The notes under the pieces are model-generated. The model did not search any database. It worked only from the letters and a program-made list of their open reading frames with translations, and was not told the origin of the DNA. The position numbers and the translations under genes were made by a program. A stretch of DNA of 38,404 nucleotides from Chiloscyllium plagiosum. Taxonomy: Eukaryota. How positions within the stretch are numbered: the first letter of the stretch is position 1; each line of letters begins with the position of its first letter. This document shows, one piece after another, positions 1-12,240 of the stretch. Location: assembly GCF_004010195.1 (NCBI RefSeq), contig NC_057726.1:61793835-61832238 (forward strand), read 5' to 3'.

Positions 1-870
1 AGGGCTTGGAGGCCTTCGTCATGGCAGATAGATGTGAACAGGGATTGGATGTCCATTTTGAGGATGAAGTGTTGCGGGCTGTGGAAACGAATGTCATGGA
101 GGAGGTGAAGTACATGGATGGTGTCCCGAACATAGGCGGGAAGTTCCTGTACCAAGGGGGCAGGACAGTATCAAGATATGTGGTGGGGCAGGAACAGGTT
201 GAGATGACAGGTCAACTGGGGCAGTTAGCTTAATCGATTTTGGGTAGGAGATAGAACCAGGCAGTGCAGAGTTTCTGGACAATTAAATTGGAGGCTGTGG
301 GTGGGAGAACCCCTGAGGTGATATGGTTGTGTATGGTCTGGGAGATGATGGTTTAGTGATAGGAGGTGAAGTTATGGTCAAGGGGGCAGTAGGAGGTGAT
401 GTCTGTCAGTTGGCACCTGGCTTCAGTGGTGTAGAGGCCAGTGCGCCAAACTACCACTGCCCCACCCTGCCTGCTGGTTTGATGCTGAGCTTGGGGTTGG
501 AAGGGAGGGAGTGGGCAGCTGTGCATTGTGAGGGTGAACAGGTTGAAGTGGTCAATGTCCTACCAGCATTGGAAATAAAGAGATCAAAGGCGGGTAACAG
601 GCCAGCACAGGGTGTCCAGGTGGATGAGATGTGTTGGAGGTGGAAGAAGGGGTCTCTGCTGGTTAGCTCTGTTCTTCCTTCCCACCTGTCCACTCCACCC
701 TCCTCTCCAACGTATCACCTTCACCCCTACCTCCATCCAATTATTGCATTCACAGCTGTCTTCCCACCTGTTCCACTCCCCTCCCATTTATCTCTTAGCC
801 CCCTTGGCCCACAAGCCTCATTCCTGATGAGTAGCTGATGTTCGAAACATCAATTCTCCTGCTCGTCAGA
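1..870. mobile_element. Penelope-like retroelement fragment: RT region on the minus strand (about 1-560) joined to an oppositely oriented terminal repeat (about 570-870)
   Basis: The minus strand gives IKPA..GAVVVWRTGLY (DKG region, frameshifted) near 430-485 and MDIQSL (RT motif A) near 39-56. The plus strand at 690-870 matches the terminal repeat at 23150-23290, including a degenerate CTGATGA...GAAA core at 824-851. Confidence 0.85.
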
Positions 871-1457
871 TGCTGTCTGTACAGTCTTACTGTCAGTAGT
901 TTTCATAACAATAGCCCATCCAAACCCCAAAGCTAATACTAGGTATGAACCTTAATGTGCTGTTATTAATTCTATTAATTTAATCCTTAATCCCAAAACA
1001 TCGTGTTAACCCTATCCTTAAAACTAAGGAGTCATTGATAGCATACGTAACAGGGTAAGTGTCCGGGGTCTTGATGTCCCCATTACATAAATTGGCCGGG
1101 GTCAATAGTCATTCACAGAAGGTCAACTTCCTCTTGGCAACTATTTTTCACTACGATATTGATAAATGTTTGTGCAACCATAGCGTTATAGGATGCGGCA
1201 TATGATTACTTTCAGACATAACATTTGGCAAATGCATTGTCACTGAAAGAAATAGATGATCATGCATTTGTACTTAGTAAAGCTTCCTACCATTGTGATC
1301 TCTCCCCTGCCACATGTGGGTCTGTTGTAGACTAATTGCTTGAGATTAACTTTCATGTTGGAGAAAGTGAGGACTGCAGATGCTGGAGATCAGAGCTTAA
1401 AAATGTGTTGCAAGAAAAGCGCAGCAGGTCAGGCAGCATCAAAGGAACAGGAGAATC

Positions 1458-1485
1458 GACGTTTCGGGCATAAGCCCCTCTTCAG
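1458..1485 (-). ncRNA. Minimal hammerhead ribozyme core (Penelope type)
   Basis: CTGAAGA-GGGGC-TTAT-GCCC-GAA-ACGT-C: CUGANGA box, stem II, GAA, palindromic ACGU, and a GUC cleavage triplet. Confidence 0.7.
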
Positions 1486-1514
1486 GAAAGCCCTTTGAAA
1501 TTGAAATTTCATTC

Positions 1515-1542
1515 CTGAAGAAGGGCTTATGCCTGAAACGTC
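1515..1542 (+). ncRNA. Minimal hammerhead ribozyme core (Penelope type)
   Basis: CTGAAGA-AGGGC-TTAT-GCCT-GAA-ACGT-C. Confidence 0.65.
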
Positions 1543-2114
1543 GATTCTCCTGTTCCTTTGATGCTGCCTGACCAGCTGCGCTTTTCCAATTAACTTTCAT
1601 GTTGACTCGATAACACCATTATGATGCAATGATAAGGGCATTGCAAGGGAGATCAGATGTACTTTAATCTTTTTGCCGAGAAACCACCCAAACTGCAAAC
1701 AGAATAGAGGAATGTCACATAGTAGTCAGTCTATGATTGGTTTCCCCAAATGTAGAAAAGGCCACATTATGTGCAGTAATTCAGAATACCAGTTGATAGA
1801 AATACAGGCAAGTTGTTATTTGACGAGCAGTCAGTCATAAGTTTGCTTCTTATATTAATGAAAGAACACCAAAATGTCTTTTGAATGATTACAGATAGAA
1901 ATAAAAAAAGCACACACACAATTTGATCTGGACTTGCGCTATTGAGTTGAACTGACTTGTGAAAATCATGGCTCCCCAAAGATTATAATCACAAAGACAT
2001 TTTGTTCTTTTTGGTTTGTCCCATCTGTTGGTGATGGACATGATTCACTAGATTTTGCAGAATGCCAGAAATGAGTTGAATTCATTCTTAACAAGAGATG
2101 TTAGAGTGGGTTAT

Positions 2115-4170
2115 TTTTGCTTTATTCATGGGATATGGGCATCACTGACTAAGTTTGTATTCGTTATCCATCACAAATCACAGTTGTGGTGGGCTGACTC
2201 TTGATTGCTTCAGTACTCCCTGCTATCGTTCAGAGGCAGTTCAAGGATTTTGATCCAGGAAGAAGTGAGAGATCTGTGATGCAGGATAGTGTACATCTTG
2301 GAGAGAACTTGAAGATGGTCTGAGCATCTGCTGTCCTTGTTCTAAAAGATGGTAGAGGTCATGGGATTGGAAGGTGCTGTTGGAGGTACAACTTTCAGAT
2401 AATATGCATTGTTGCCCTTGTATGTCGAGTGTGGAGGAATTGATGGTGGAAGGTGATGGATTGGATGCCAGTCACGTAGTGTGCTTTACCTTGAATGGTG
2501 TTGAGCTTCTTGGTTGCGTTCAGAAACATAGTAAGTTAGAAATTAGGTGCAGGAGTACGTCATTCAGCTCTTCGAGCTTGCACCATCTTTCAATATGATC
2601 ATAACTGATTGCAATTTCAGTATCCCATTCCAACCTTTTTCTATACCCCTTGGTCCATTTAGCTGAAAGGGCCATTTCCTTCTTTAATATATCAAATGAA
2701 GAGGCCTCAACAACTTTGTACGGTAAAAATTTGCACAGGTTGACAACTATGAGTCAATAAATTCTTCCTTATCTCAGTCCTGAATTGCTTACCCCTTATT
2801 TTTAGAATTTGATCCCCTAATTCTGTACTTGGCCACCATAAGGAACGTTCTTCCTGTACGTAACCTGTCCGGTCCCATCAGGATGTGCCCATAATGAAGG
2901 AAATGGAGTATATTCCATGACTCTCCTGTCTTATGCCTTGTAGATGGTGGAAAGGTATTGGTATGCCAGGTATGTTATTCACTGAAAAACCCCTTGCCTT
3001 TGAACTTTTCATGCAATGCCAGTATCTATTTAATATGCCCAATTCAGTTTCAGGTCAACTGCAAACCCTAAATGTTGACATTGGGGCTTTCAATGATGGC
3101 AATAGCAATGAATGTTGAGGAATAATGATTCATTCTCTAATGTTTGAGCTTGAATGGCACTTTTGTGGCACGAATGTCATTTGTCAAACATCAGTCCGAG
3201 CCTAATACCATCCAGGTATTTTAAGAAAAACAGAAAAAAGAAAAACAGAAATTATTGGAAAAGCTCAGCAGGTTCGTCAGCATCTGTGAAGAGAAATCAG
3301 AGTTAAAGTTTCGGATCTGGTTATCCATTATCAGAACTTATTCTTTTGCATTTTTTTACCATGCAGATCTTGCTGCATATGGAAATGTGCCATTTGATTT
3401 TTGAATTCGGTTGAACATTGCGCAATCACCGGCAAACATGCTAATTTATGACTATTTGATGACAAAGTAATTGAAGCAATTGACGGTGGCTGATTAAGAC
3501 ATTACAACACTGATCGACCTTCCTGCTGGTTATGACTCCAATTCCTGGTGTCTTTTCCCTCTGAATACGATTGATTCTAATTTTGCAAGTGCTCCATAAA
3601 GCCAAATTTAGTCAAAAGTTAACTTAGTGTAAAGGGCAGTCACTCCCACCTCATCTCTGAAGTTCATGCCTTTTTTTTTCATGTTTGAAACCAAATCTCA
3701 AATCAGATTAGAACTTGAATTTCCTTAGTCGGGCCCAAACTGAGCACCAGCGAGCAGCGTAATTTTAAGCAAGTTTCTTACTAAAACGCTACCCCCATTC
3801 AAAGGGCTGTCTTGGATATGTTTTGATTTTTGAGGACATGGTGCATGTTGGCAAATTGACACATTTCAGGCCATATGCCAATGATGTAGCTGCACTGGAA
3901 CAGATTGGCTGGGACAAATCTAGTCTGGTCAAAAGTTTTCATTTTACTCATGGTTATCAGGGCAAATAACCTGTGCTGTATCCAGTGCCTTCATTTGTTT
4001 GTTGATGCCACATGGATGGAATAATATTAGTTGAAGATTGGAATCTGTGATTCCGCAGATTTAAAAATGAGTTAGTGGTGTACCTTGCCCTCTTTTGATT
4101 GAAAATAGATTCAGATACGTCAGCTTTATGTTTTATACTAATGTTCTGGGTTACCCCTTTGTTGATAATA
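2115..4170 (-). mobile_element. Degraded non-LTR LINE, same family as 21765-30965, with nested CR1 and Penelope remnants
   Basis: Reverse-complement similarity to the RT and 3' part of the 21765-30965 element. A CR1 3' end is inserted at about 2520-2890 and a Penelope terminal remnant at about 3235-3340. Boundaries are approximate. Confidence 0.6.
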
Positions 4171-4283
4171 GGGCTGGCATAACATTTTCAATTTCCTCCT
4201 GAAAACTCATGCCTCACCCCCACGAAATTGCCAATATTGAAATAGTTCTTCCATAAACCAGACAGAAAGCGCCCTGCTCCCTT

Positions 4284-4606
4284 GTGGTGGTCGTGGCTCA
4301 GTGGTTAGCCCTGCTGCCTCATAATACCAGGAACCTTGGTTCGATTCCAGCCTCAGGTGACTGCCAATGTGTAGTTTGCACATTTTCCCTGTGTCTGCAT
4401 GGGTTTCCTCCTACTGTCCAAAGATGTGCGGATTAGGTGAATTAGCCATGCTATATTGCCTGTTCATGGATGTGTAGGTTATGTGCATTAATCACGGGTA
4501 AATGGAGAGTAAGAGGTGAGTGGAATGGGTCTGCGTGTGTAACTTTTCGGAGGGCAGTGTGGATATTTTGGGCTGAAGGACCTGTTTGCACACTGTAGAG
4601 ATTCTA
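4284..4606 (+). mobile_element. tRNA-derived V-SINE (HE1-like)
   Basis: A box TGGCTCAGTGG and B box GGTTCGATTCC, followed by V-domain-like TTTGCACATT..CCCTGTGTCTGCATGGGTTTCCTCC and a CR1-like tail ending CCTGTTTGCACACTGTAG. Confidence 0.85.
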
Positions 4607-4903
4607 GACTGGTGACCAATATGCTGTGTGAGACTCACGTAAGAGAAGATACAAAAGTCTAGAATAAGTATGTGAAGAGTGAGTCCTAAACTGTAGGTTG
4701 GAGAGCTGTATTTGAGAATCTCCTACGTGCCCACAACACTGAAGGTGAATATTAACATTTCATCTTCCCTTGCCATCATGCATATGAATTGCTTGCAATG
4801 TTCCAGATTAGTGGTACACAGTTAGCTACAACAAATGAAACAGCGATAAATATGAATTCTATGATATGTGATTGGATATCCTCGACTTCTATCCATAAAT
4901 AAT

Positions 4904-5071
4904 TCATAACTTCAGACTGCTTTTCTGGAATTTCAGGTTTTCTCGTTCTTTATCAGCTTTAAATTTGTACATATCGTGTATTTTTCTTCCTATGTTAGGT
5001 TTGATTTTTTTTTGGAACTGGTTAACTTCAAGTTGCCAAACCAGCTTGTCATCTCTACTGCTTTGATCAGT
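4904..5071 (-). CDS. IgSF receptor putative exon 6 (terminal cytoplasmic exon, TDQSSRDDKLVW...SSLKL*)
   Basis: Acceptor ttacttccatag lies immediately before 5071. The phase-0 frame is open for 55 codons to TGA at 4906-4904, matching the phase-0 end of exon 5. The sequence is non-repetitive between repeats. The link across a 6.6 kb intron is inferred. Confidence 0.55.
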   Translation of the reverse strand, partial: TDQSSRDDKLVWQLEVNQFQKKIKPNIGRKIHDMYKFKADKERENLKFQKSSLKL

Positions 5072-5133
5072 CTATGGAAGTAATGTTTAAAATCACCTGT
5101 TAGTCTATTGTCACTCCCTCCTTGAGATAATCA

Positions 5134-5355
5134 AGATTTGGAGATGCCAGTGTTCGACTGGGGTGTACAAAGTTAAAAATCACACAACACCAGGTTATAG
5201 TCCAACAGGTTTAATTGGAAGCACACTAGCTTTCGGAGCGACGCTCCTTCATTAGGTGATAGTCTATCACCTGATGAAGGAGCGTCGCTCCGAAAGCTAG
5301 TGTGCTTCCAATTAAACCTGTTGGACGATAACCTAGTGTTGTGTGTTTTTTAACT
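5134..5355. mobile_element. Palindromic Penelope-type terminal-repeat insertion (second family)
   Basis: 92 bp arms at 5171-5262 and 5264-5355 around a single T (4 mismatches). Direct repeat TGAGATAATC at 5123-5132 and 5355-5364. Confidence 0.88.
5271..5299 (+). ncRNA. Minimal hammerhead ribozyme core (Penelope type)
   Basis: cac-CTGATGA-AGGAGC-GTC-GCTCC-GAA-AGCT-A-gtg: 5 bp stem II, palindromic AGCU, CUA triplet, 3 bp stem I (cac/gtg). Confidence 0.72.
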
Positions 5356-5572
5356 GAGATAATCTAGGTTGTAAGTAGAGGCTGTGATGAAATTTCTTCT
5401 TATTAGTTCTTAATTTGGCAATGTTTTCTAAAGTAGTGATCTCTCCCACCCAGAAGGATAAGAGCAATGGATGCCTTGTGATTTCACCATATCTATACTG
5501 ACTTGAAATTATATTACTGTCTCTTCACTGTTGTTATTAACATAATCAAACCCCTTTCCTAATAGCATTATC

Positions 5573-5903
5573 TTAGAATCATAGAATCCCTACTGTGTGG
5601 AAACAGGCCATTCAGCCCAACAAGCCCACCTCAGTTCTCTGAAGGGCATCCCACCCAGAGTCACATCCTTACCCTATCTCCATAAGTCTGCAGTGTCCGT
5701 GGCTAATTCACCTAACTGGCACATCCCTGGACACCATGGTCAATTTAGAATGGCCAATCCACCTAACTTTCACATCTTTGGACTGGTGGAGGAAACCGGA
5801 GCAAATCCAGACTCCACACTCGCAGTTGCCCAAGGTTGGAATTAATCCGGGGTCCCTGGCAATGTGAGGCAGTAGAATTAACCCATGAGCCACCATGCCG
5901 CCC
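5573..5903 (-). mobile_element. tRNA-derived V-SINE (HE1-like)
   Basis: Reverse complement begins GGGCGGCATGGTGGCTCATGGG and has the same body and tail as 4284-4606. Confidence 0.85.
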
Positions 5904-6099
5904 AACATGCACCAAACCACATGGACTGCAGATGTTCAAGAAGGCAACTCAACATCACTATCACCATCTGAAGATCTGTTAGGATTAGCAAGAAGTGTTG
6001 GCCTAGTCAATGATACCCACATGCCGCGAGAATATATGGAAAAAAAACTTTAAATTATCGCAATTTACAGTTACTAACGGCAACATGCATTCTATCGAG

Positions 6100-9000
6100 T
6101 CTAAAGGCTTTCCTTGGGGCAATTTAGTCAGTTCAGTCCCACTTCCTAATTTAAACACTGTAACCTTGTAGTTTTATTTTCAAGCGTCAATACAATTTCG
6201 TTTTGAAATCATTAATGGTCTCTGATTTCACCACCCTAGAGAGTTGCGTGTTTCAGGTCAATATCACTCACGTTAATCAGTGCTTCCTTGCAATTCTCCT
6301 GCATCTCTGTGCCAAAACGTTAAATCTGTGTCCCCTTGTCTTTGTGCTGATAATTAATGGGAACACATTTTCCTTGTCTATCCTACCTAAACCTATCAAA
6401 ATTTTGATTGTCCCTACTATGCCATATCCTCAATGTACTTTTGTCAAGGTCAACACACCCAGTATTCCAAACGTATCACAGATCTACATTTCCAATCTGA
6501 AGAACAATCCTCTTATATTTGATGTGAATTCACTCAAGAGCCCACTTTTGATAAATTGTGATGACCACAACTGCATTCAGTACTCAAACTGCGACCCAAC
6601 CAAATCTATTAAGCTTCAACATTATTCCCTTACTTTCGTACTCAGTGCCTCAAATGCTGAATTCAAGAAAACATAAGGTTTGACAACTATAGTCTTACTT
6701 GTTACCACATTCAAAGATGAATTCAGGAGCACCTTCAGCGCCCCACTGTTGTTGTACTCTCTTTAGAAAGGTGCCAATCAGATTATGTTGTTTCTCCTTA
6801 CCCATACTTGAAAATTCATCATCTCCACTTTGCTAAATTACACATGCTATTCATTAGTCCATATCCTGTTATAATCCATTAATATCATCTTCTGTTTGCT
6901 GCTGCAACTTTGGCTTCATCATCAAATTCTCAAATTTGATTCTGTCGTCCAATATCTAAGTTGTTTGCATATAACAACAAAAACGTACGTTATTGACTGA
7001 TTTATTTCACTGGTTTTGTTCCTCTCCGTGTTTCGATCTTCTCTCTCTTGATGTTATGTTGGTGTTCTGGTTAAATCTTGATATTAAAGGTGTTTGTTTG
7101 CTATTATAACCTATTTAGAGAAGCAGGCTAATGCTTAAATGAAAATAGCACACAGAGGAATGTCATATAGCTTGATAAATTTATTATTTGTAGCTGGTCT
7201 GTACTGCTTGCAGAATCTTTCATTCTCGGTGGAATATATCTTTGTTGAGAGTTTAAATGTGTAGCACTACTTTTCACAATCTCTCTTATTGAGAGAACTT
7301 CCCCATTCAACTTAGACAGTCCTGACTTTGCATTTTTGCAATTGTCTTTTAGTTAAGTTTCCGACGCAGGTTTTAGATCTAAGATTCTTATTTTCAAATC
7401 AAATGTGAAAATCTTTACAGTATGATCACTTTTCCTGGTTGTTCATTTATTGCAACATCATCAAACTTTTCTCATTCAATGTTATATGTACTAATCTGTT
7501 TCACAAAGTATTGTTCTTAGAAATTGTCATGAATATATCCCATGAACTGCTTCTGATGCCAAATAGCCCCTCATTCTTTGCAACTTCAGAGAAGGGAAAT
7601 TAAATTTATTCAGCCTCTCATCAATGGACACCCAGCTCATCTCAGGGACAATTTACTGAAGGCTCACCATGCAGTCTCCAATATAAATACATCCTACCTT
7701 AAACCAAAAGCAAAGAAATGTAGAGACTGGAAAGCTGAAACAAAAACAGAAATTGCTGGAGAAAGTCATTAGGTCTAGTAACATCTGTGGAGAGGAAGCA
7801 CAGTGAGCATTTCGAATCCAGTGACCCTTCATCAGAAATGTTTCATCAGAAATTTCTGTTTTTGTTTCGCCCTTCTTTAAACTATTAATGCAAACTGCAC
7901 ACAATTTCCAGACGTTGCCTCACCAAAGTGTGGCACAACTGCAGCAAGATTTCCTTATTCCTTTTGCTCCAAGCCTCTCAGAATAAAATTCACAGTGTCA
8001 TTAACCTTCTCAATAACTTGCTGTACCTGCATGCCGACTTTCTGTGTTGCTTGCATAAGTACATCCACGCGTCTGTGAGCATCAGCATTTACAGCTGCCA
8101 AACTAATGTGTCCATTTCAATTAAGAGTAAAATCACCCACAATTATTGCAGCACTTTTATTGTCCGATTCATGGCATTTCTTGACTCCTATAAAATTACC
8201 TGCTGATCGATGGACTATAAACTACTTCTATTTATAACTTCTTCTCCTTGCTATCTTTTATCTCCATCCACACAACTTTTGCATATTTATTTTCTCATGA
8301 AAAGTAATTTCTCATGACTGTACTGATTAATCATTTATTAACAGAGCCAACGCATCTCGTTTTCCTTTAATGCTATCCTGTTGTAATGTCACACACTCTA
8401 TAACATTCAATATGCAGTCTTGGTTACCTTGCAAACATGTCCCTACATTGCCAATCATATCATAGCTCTTTTTTTTTGGATTCATGTGATCATTTCATCA
8501 AGTTCGTTACGCATTGCCTTCATTTAATTGAGGAGCCCTTAATCTAACTATCTATATTTTCGTATTGCTTTGCATATCAGAAAATGGAAATATGCATTCT
8601 CTGTCCCTTTATCAAAATCATTTGAATAGATTTGAAGTACCTCAGACCCTTGCATGCAGAAATATCAGCCTTCCAACTTCAACCGTTTCAGTTTGTACAC
8701 ACTGTTTGCTTCCTATCTATTAAACAATCCTCTATCAATGTTCATTTCATATCCTGATCTCCTTCAGTTCTTGGCTGTCATTTGACTTTTTCGCATGCCA
8801 TTTAGAAATGCCTCCACACTGTATTTGCGATTTCCCTGTCTTTAACTTTGCAACAGAAAGCCTTCAGACGCTCCAACATATTTGTCAAACATGGTATCTC
8901 TTTTGTCAAACTGTGTTGACTTACTCTAAACATACTACAAACGTCTAACTGCATTGTTTATACTTTTATAATATATTTCAGAATTTTGATAAAAAACGTG

Positions 9001-10800
9001 GTTGATCTAACTGCTCTGCAGTTCCCTGTTTCTTTCTCCTTGAATGTGAGATTGCATTTTCCAGCTCCCAATCTGATGTGAATGTTTTTTGCAAATAAGA
9101 AATTTTGTTTGAACATACCCAGGATAGATTTCTTCATCCATTGCGAAAAATTCTGTCACCTCTGCTTCCGAGGCACCAACATTTACTTTCGCAAGTTCCG
9201 TTCTTCTATATACTTTTAAAAACTCTTACAATCTATTTTTATATTAATAGCTAATTTACTTTTATTTGTTCCCATTTTATCAACTTTTTGATGCTTCTTT
9301 GTTAATTATTGAATCTCCCTTACTTCTCAGTCTCGTTTCCGATCTTTGCAAAACATAAGCCTCTTTTTAAAGTCTTAAACCACATTTAACTTTCTGAGTG
9401 AGCCATGGATGATGTTTCTTGCTGAGTTTTTATTAATCAATTAATTGAATATTTTCTTGAAATTATGTCTTTAAAGCCTACCCACTGTATATTCAATTAT
9501 CAGTATAATACTAATTAAATTAAATAATCACCTATTTTCCCCTCATAGTAATGTATTGATTTTGTTCAAGTTTGCGATTCTTTTCTGTGATTGTAACCAT
9601 AAAACCTACTACGGACTTCAATGGATTTATGATCATTTTTCCCCAGCAGACATTACAATGTTATTGCTACCTAATAATTCATCATTAGAAACACTGAATT
9701 TGCGATCACCTCCTTCAGAGGCAGTTGTAAAATGTATTGCTGCATGAAACTACCACAAAAATAAATTCTACAAGCTACTGTTCCAGATTATCGTTAGCAA
9801 TTCGATTTACATTGTTTACGTAAAGATTAAATTAACTTCATGATAAATACGTTTCCTTTGTGACAAGCTCCAAAAGTTTAGCTCAGTGCTTGATCCGCAG
9901 CATACTTTCTGTTATGGGCCCTACAAACTGCTCCCGCTATCACTCTCTGACTCCTGATATTTCCATTTACTGGGGAGAGTGATTCTGTTTCATGATATTC
10001 TTTCTTACTTCGTTGCATTATCCCTTATGATCAGAAACACCCTCCTCTTTTATAATTCTGAGCTCCTTTTAAAATGTATGTACCATGGAATGTTTATTTC
10101 TCAACCTTCATCACCTTGAAGCCATATCTCAATAGTAGTGTTCAAAGCAAAACTATGTACTACAGCTATATTTGTGTAAACAACACGTATTTCCTTGAAG
10201 ATGCATCATACGTTTAGAAAAGAGACTTTAATTTCACAGCTTTACTTCTTATTCCTACATTGAATTTATTCACATATATAGAATTAATTCTAAACTCGCA
10301 GTCCCATACTGCTTATTCTTTCTTTAACCCACATATCTGCATTGTTCTCATGTTTCGATGTCTTATTCTACCTCTCTGGATGGCTACATCTTGCTTCACT
10401 ACATTCCTCTCATCAGTATTCCTGACTACAGCTCTCATTACATCTTTATCCCACTATAGATGGTCCCACTAGCTTAAGTATTGTGCACCGAAATGAAATA
10501 GTTCCTTGCTTCCCAAATAATCAACATCCCTTGTAGCAATGCATCATTTGAGCTATGCGTTGAAGTCTCTAATCTGCTGTATCCTATGCCAGTAGTCACA
10601 TGGCTCAGATAACAATTCCAGAGATTATAATTTGATACTTGCTCCATTTTTAATTTAGTCCTAAAAATCTATCAGCATAACAAGATTCTTTGTTACACGT
10701 GTCATTGGTTCCCATGACACATAGATTCTCCTCTCTCATTCAAGGTTCCTTTTCAGTTATGAAGTGATGATGTCCTCAACTTTGGAACCAGGCAGACAGC
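6100..10800 (-). mobile_element. Patchwork of old CR1-like LINE fragments, with a Penelope terminal remnant at about 7705-7870
   Basis: Degenerate similarity to the CR1 at 24445-29553, for example QQRYIPPRMKDS in ORF 7128-7310. Many stops and frameshifts; boundaries approximate. Confidence 0.55.
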
Positions 10801-11641
10801 ACAGCATTTGGAGCTCAAAGAGTCAGCTGTTAACGGGGAGAATAATTTCCCCGTCTGTGCAATACAAGTGCTTCAAATTAGCAACTTGGCACCTGGAAAT
10901 CTCTCTCTTCTTTTAAAGAAGTTGAAGTATGAAGGCTCAGAATCAGCAGTCTCCCCTCCTTTATGTGCCCGAAGGCATGTTCCAAGTTAATTACCAAAGC
11001 ACAGCAAAATGCTGTTATTATTTCTTAAACAATGGGCCGGGCAAGGAAGTTGGTTCTGAGTTTACCCCCATTCAGAATACATACGCAGGTAAAATGCAAC
11101 AGCCAGTAAAGAGTGCAGAGGTGATTTAGTTTGGTATCTGGGATGAAGGACTTCAGTCATTCTGGGTAGATTAGACAATTCGACTGTTTTCCGCAGAATA
11201 GTGATGGACAAGGGACGATTTCTTAATGTTGCTCAGAATTATGAGAGGTTTCAATAAAATAAGTCAGTAAAATATGTTTACAGTTGTGGATCTGTCAGTA
11301 ACCAGAAGACACATTTATAATTGCTAATCGAATAGCCCTGGGAAGATAAATATTTATTGTATTCAAATCTCTGCTGTAGTTTAAAATACACTTCCCGAAT
11401 ATCTGACAGAACAGACCCAATGGAAGTTTTAAAAATGAGGTCGAGATTTCCCCATAGCTGCAGAAATACAAGTCTAACGACAAAGAGTGAGGAACTGGGC
11501 TGGTGAATAGTTGTTTTCAAAGAGCGAGACGTTCATAAAGGCCCCCTTCAGTCTATAAATGAATAAATCTTCTCAGACGATTGCAATAGTTCTTGCTATT
11601 TCTTCTGACTGTTTTTCCGTGTAAAAAGACTGTCATCTTAC

Positions 11642-11677
11642 CGGCTGTTGAGCTTCATCCACTACCGCAGCATGTCT
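11642..11677 (-). CDS. IgSF receptor exon 5 (cytoplasmic mini-exon RHAAVVDEAQQP)
   Basis: Acceptor ttcctttgggtgttcag and donor CCG|GTAAGA. The exon is 36 nt, phase 0-0, compatible with exon 4. Confidence 0.65.
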
Positions 11678-11759
11678 CTGAACACCCAAAGGAATTAAAA
11701 GATCTTTAAATTGAATTTAAATAAAAAAAACACAAATATAATAATAAATATATAAATAT

Positions 11760-12240
11760 GCTGGAGCTTATTCAGAGGAAATTCACTCGATTGACAACTG
11801 GAATGTGCGTGGTCTTATGGGAATCAGTTGGATGGACAAGGCTTCTTTCCATTGGGGTTTGGCTTGATTGCAGTGTATCAAATCCTGAATCATTTTTGAC
11901 AAGGTGGACATAGGATGAATGTTATCACCTGGGTAAATCGAGAGCCGTGGGAAATAGTTTACCAATTAAAAGTTGTCCTTTCTGGACAGAGATGTTGAAG
12001 CTTGTCATTTGTCTTAGAAGATTGTACCAGTTTGGAACTCACTGCTCCAGAATATGGTGGTGGTGGTGTGATTGAATATTTAAAGGCAAATGTACCGAGA
12101 TTCTTGTCTGACAAGGGAAGTGAAATGTTACTGGGGGATAGTTGGGAATGTGGAATTCCAAGCACCAGCTGATCACCTTATTCAAAGTTGGAGCGGCTGG
12201 AAGGTCAACTTGTGCTTTTGATTCATATGCTTGCTTGTGT
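11760..12240 (+). mobile_element. Degraded CR1 LINE 3' end
   Basis: Similar to the 3' part of the CR1 fragment at 28020-28950. A second, weaker copy lies at about 11090-11560. Confidence 0.55.

Larger units (their letters stand above)
1361..1588. mobile_element. Palindromic Penelope terminal-repeat insertion
   Basis: 75 bp inverted arms at 1414-1488 and 1512-1586 (3 mismatches). A 16 bp direct repeat ATTAACTTTCATGTTG lies at 1345-1360 and 1589-1604. The arm sequence matches the Penelope ends at 23232-23360 and 37746-37823. Confidence 0.9.

Noticed and set aside
323-838. Long ORFs such as 323-838, 6203-6676, 18249-18722, 22238-22693 and 28344-28832
   Set aside because: They are antisense or off-frame readings of retroelements, or chance intronic ORFs, with no recognisable domains.
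910-1110. Degenerate CCCTAA-like runs and two CCGGGGTC motifs
   Set aside because: Too degenerate to call an interstitial telomeric tract or a transposon end.
4290-4350. tRNA-like A and B boxes (also in the other SINE copies)
   Set aside because: These are SINE heads followed by V-domain and LINE-like tails, not tRNA genes.
6985-7125. Candidate alternative last exon (acceptor before 7110, VIIANKHL*, AATAAA at 7006-7001)
   Set aside because: It appears to continue the degenerate CR1 endonuclease-RT linker (compare 26560-26778), so the signals are probably coincidental.
7991-8018. CACAGTG + 12 nt + TCAATAACT resembling a 12-RSS; other CACAGTG copies near 7800, 13274 and 15726
   Set aside because: The nonamer matches only 6/9, the site lies in LINE debris, and no gene segment is adjacent.
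10878-10900. Possible short terminal exon ttccag|VPSC*
   Set aside because: Upstream sequence is purine-rich with no polypyrimidine tract, and there is no other support.
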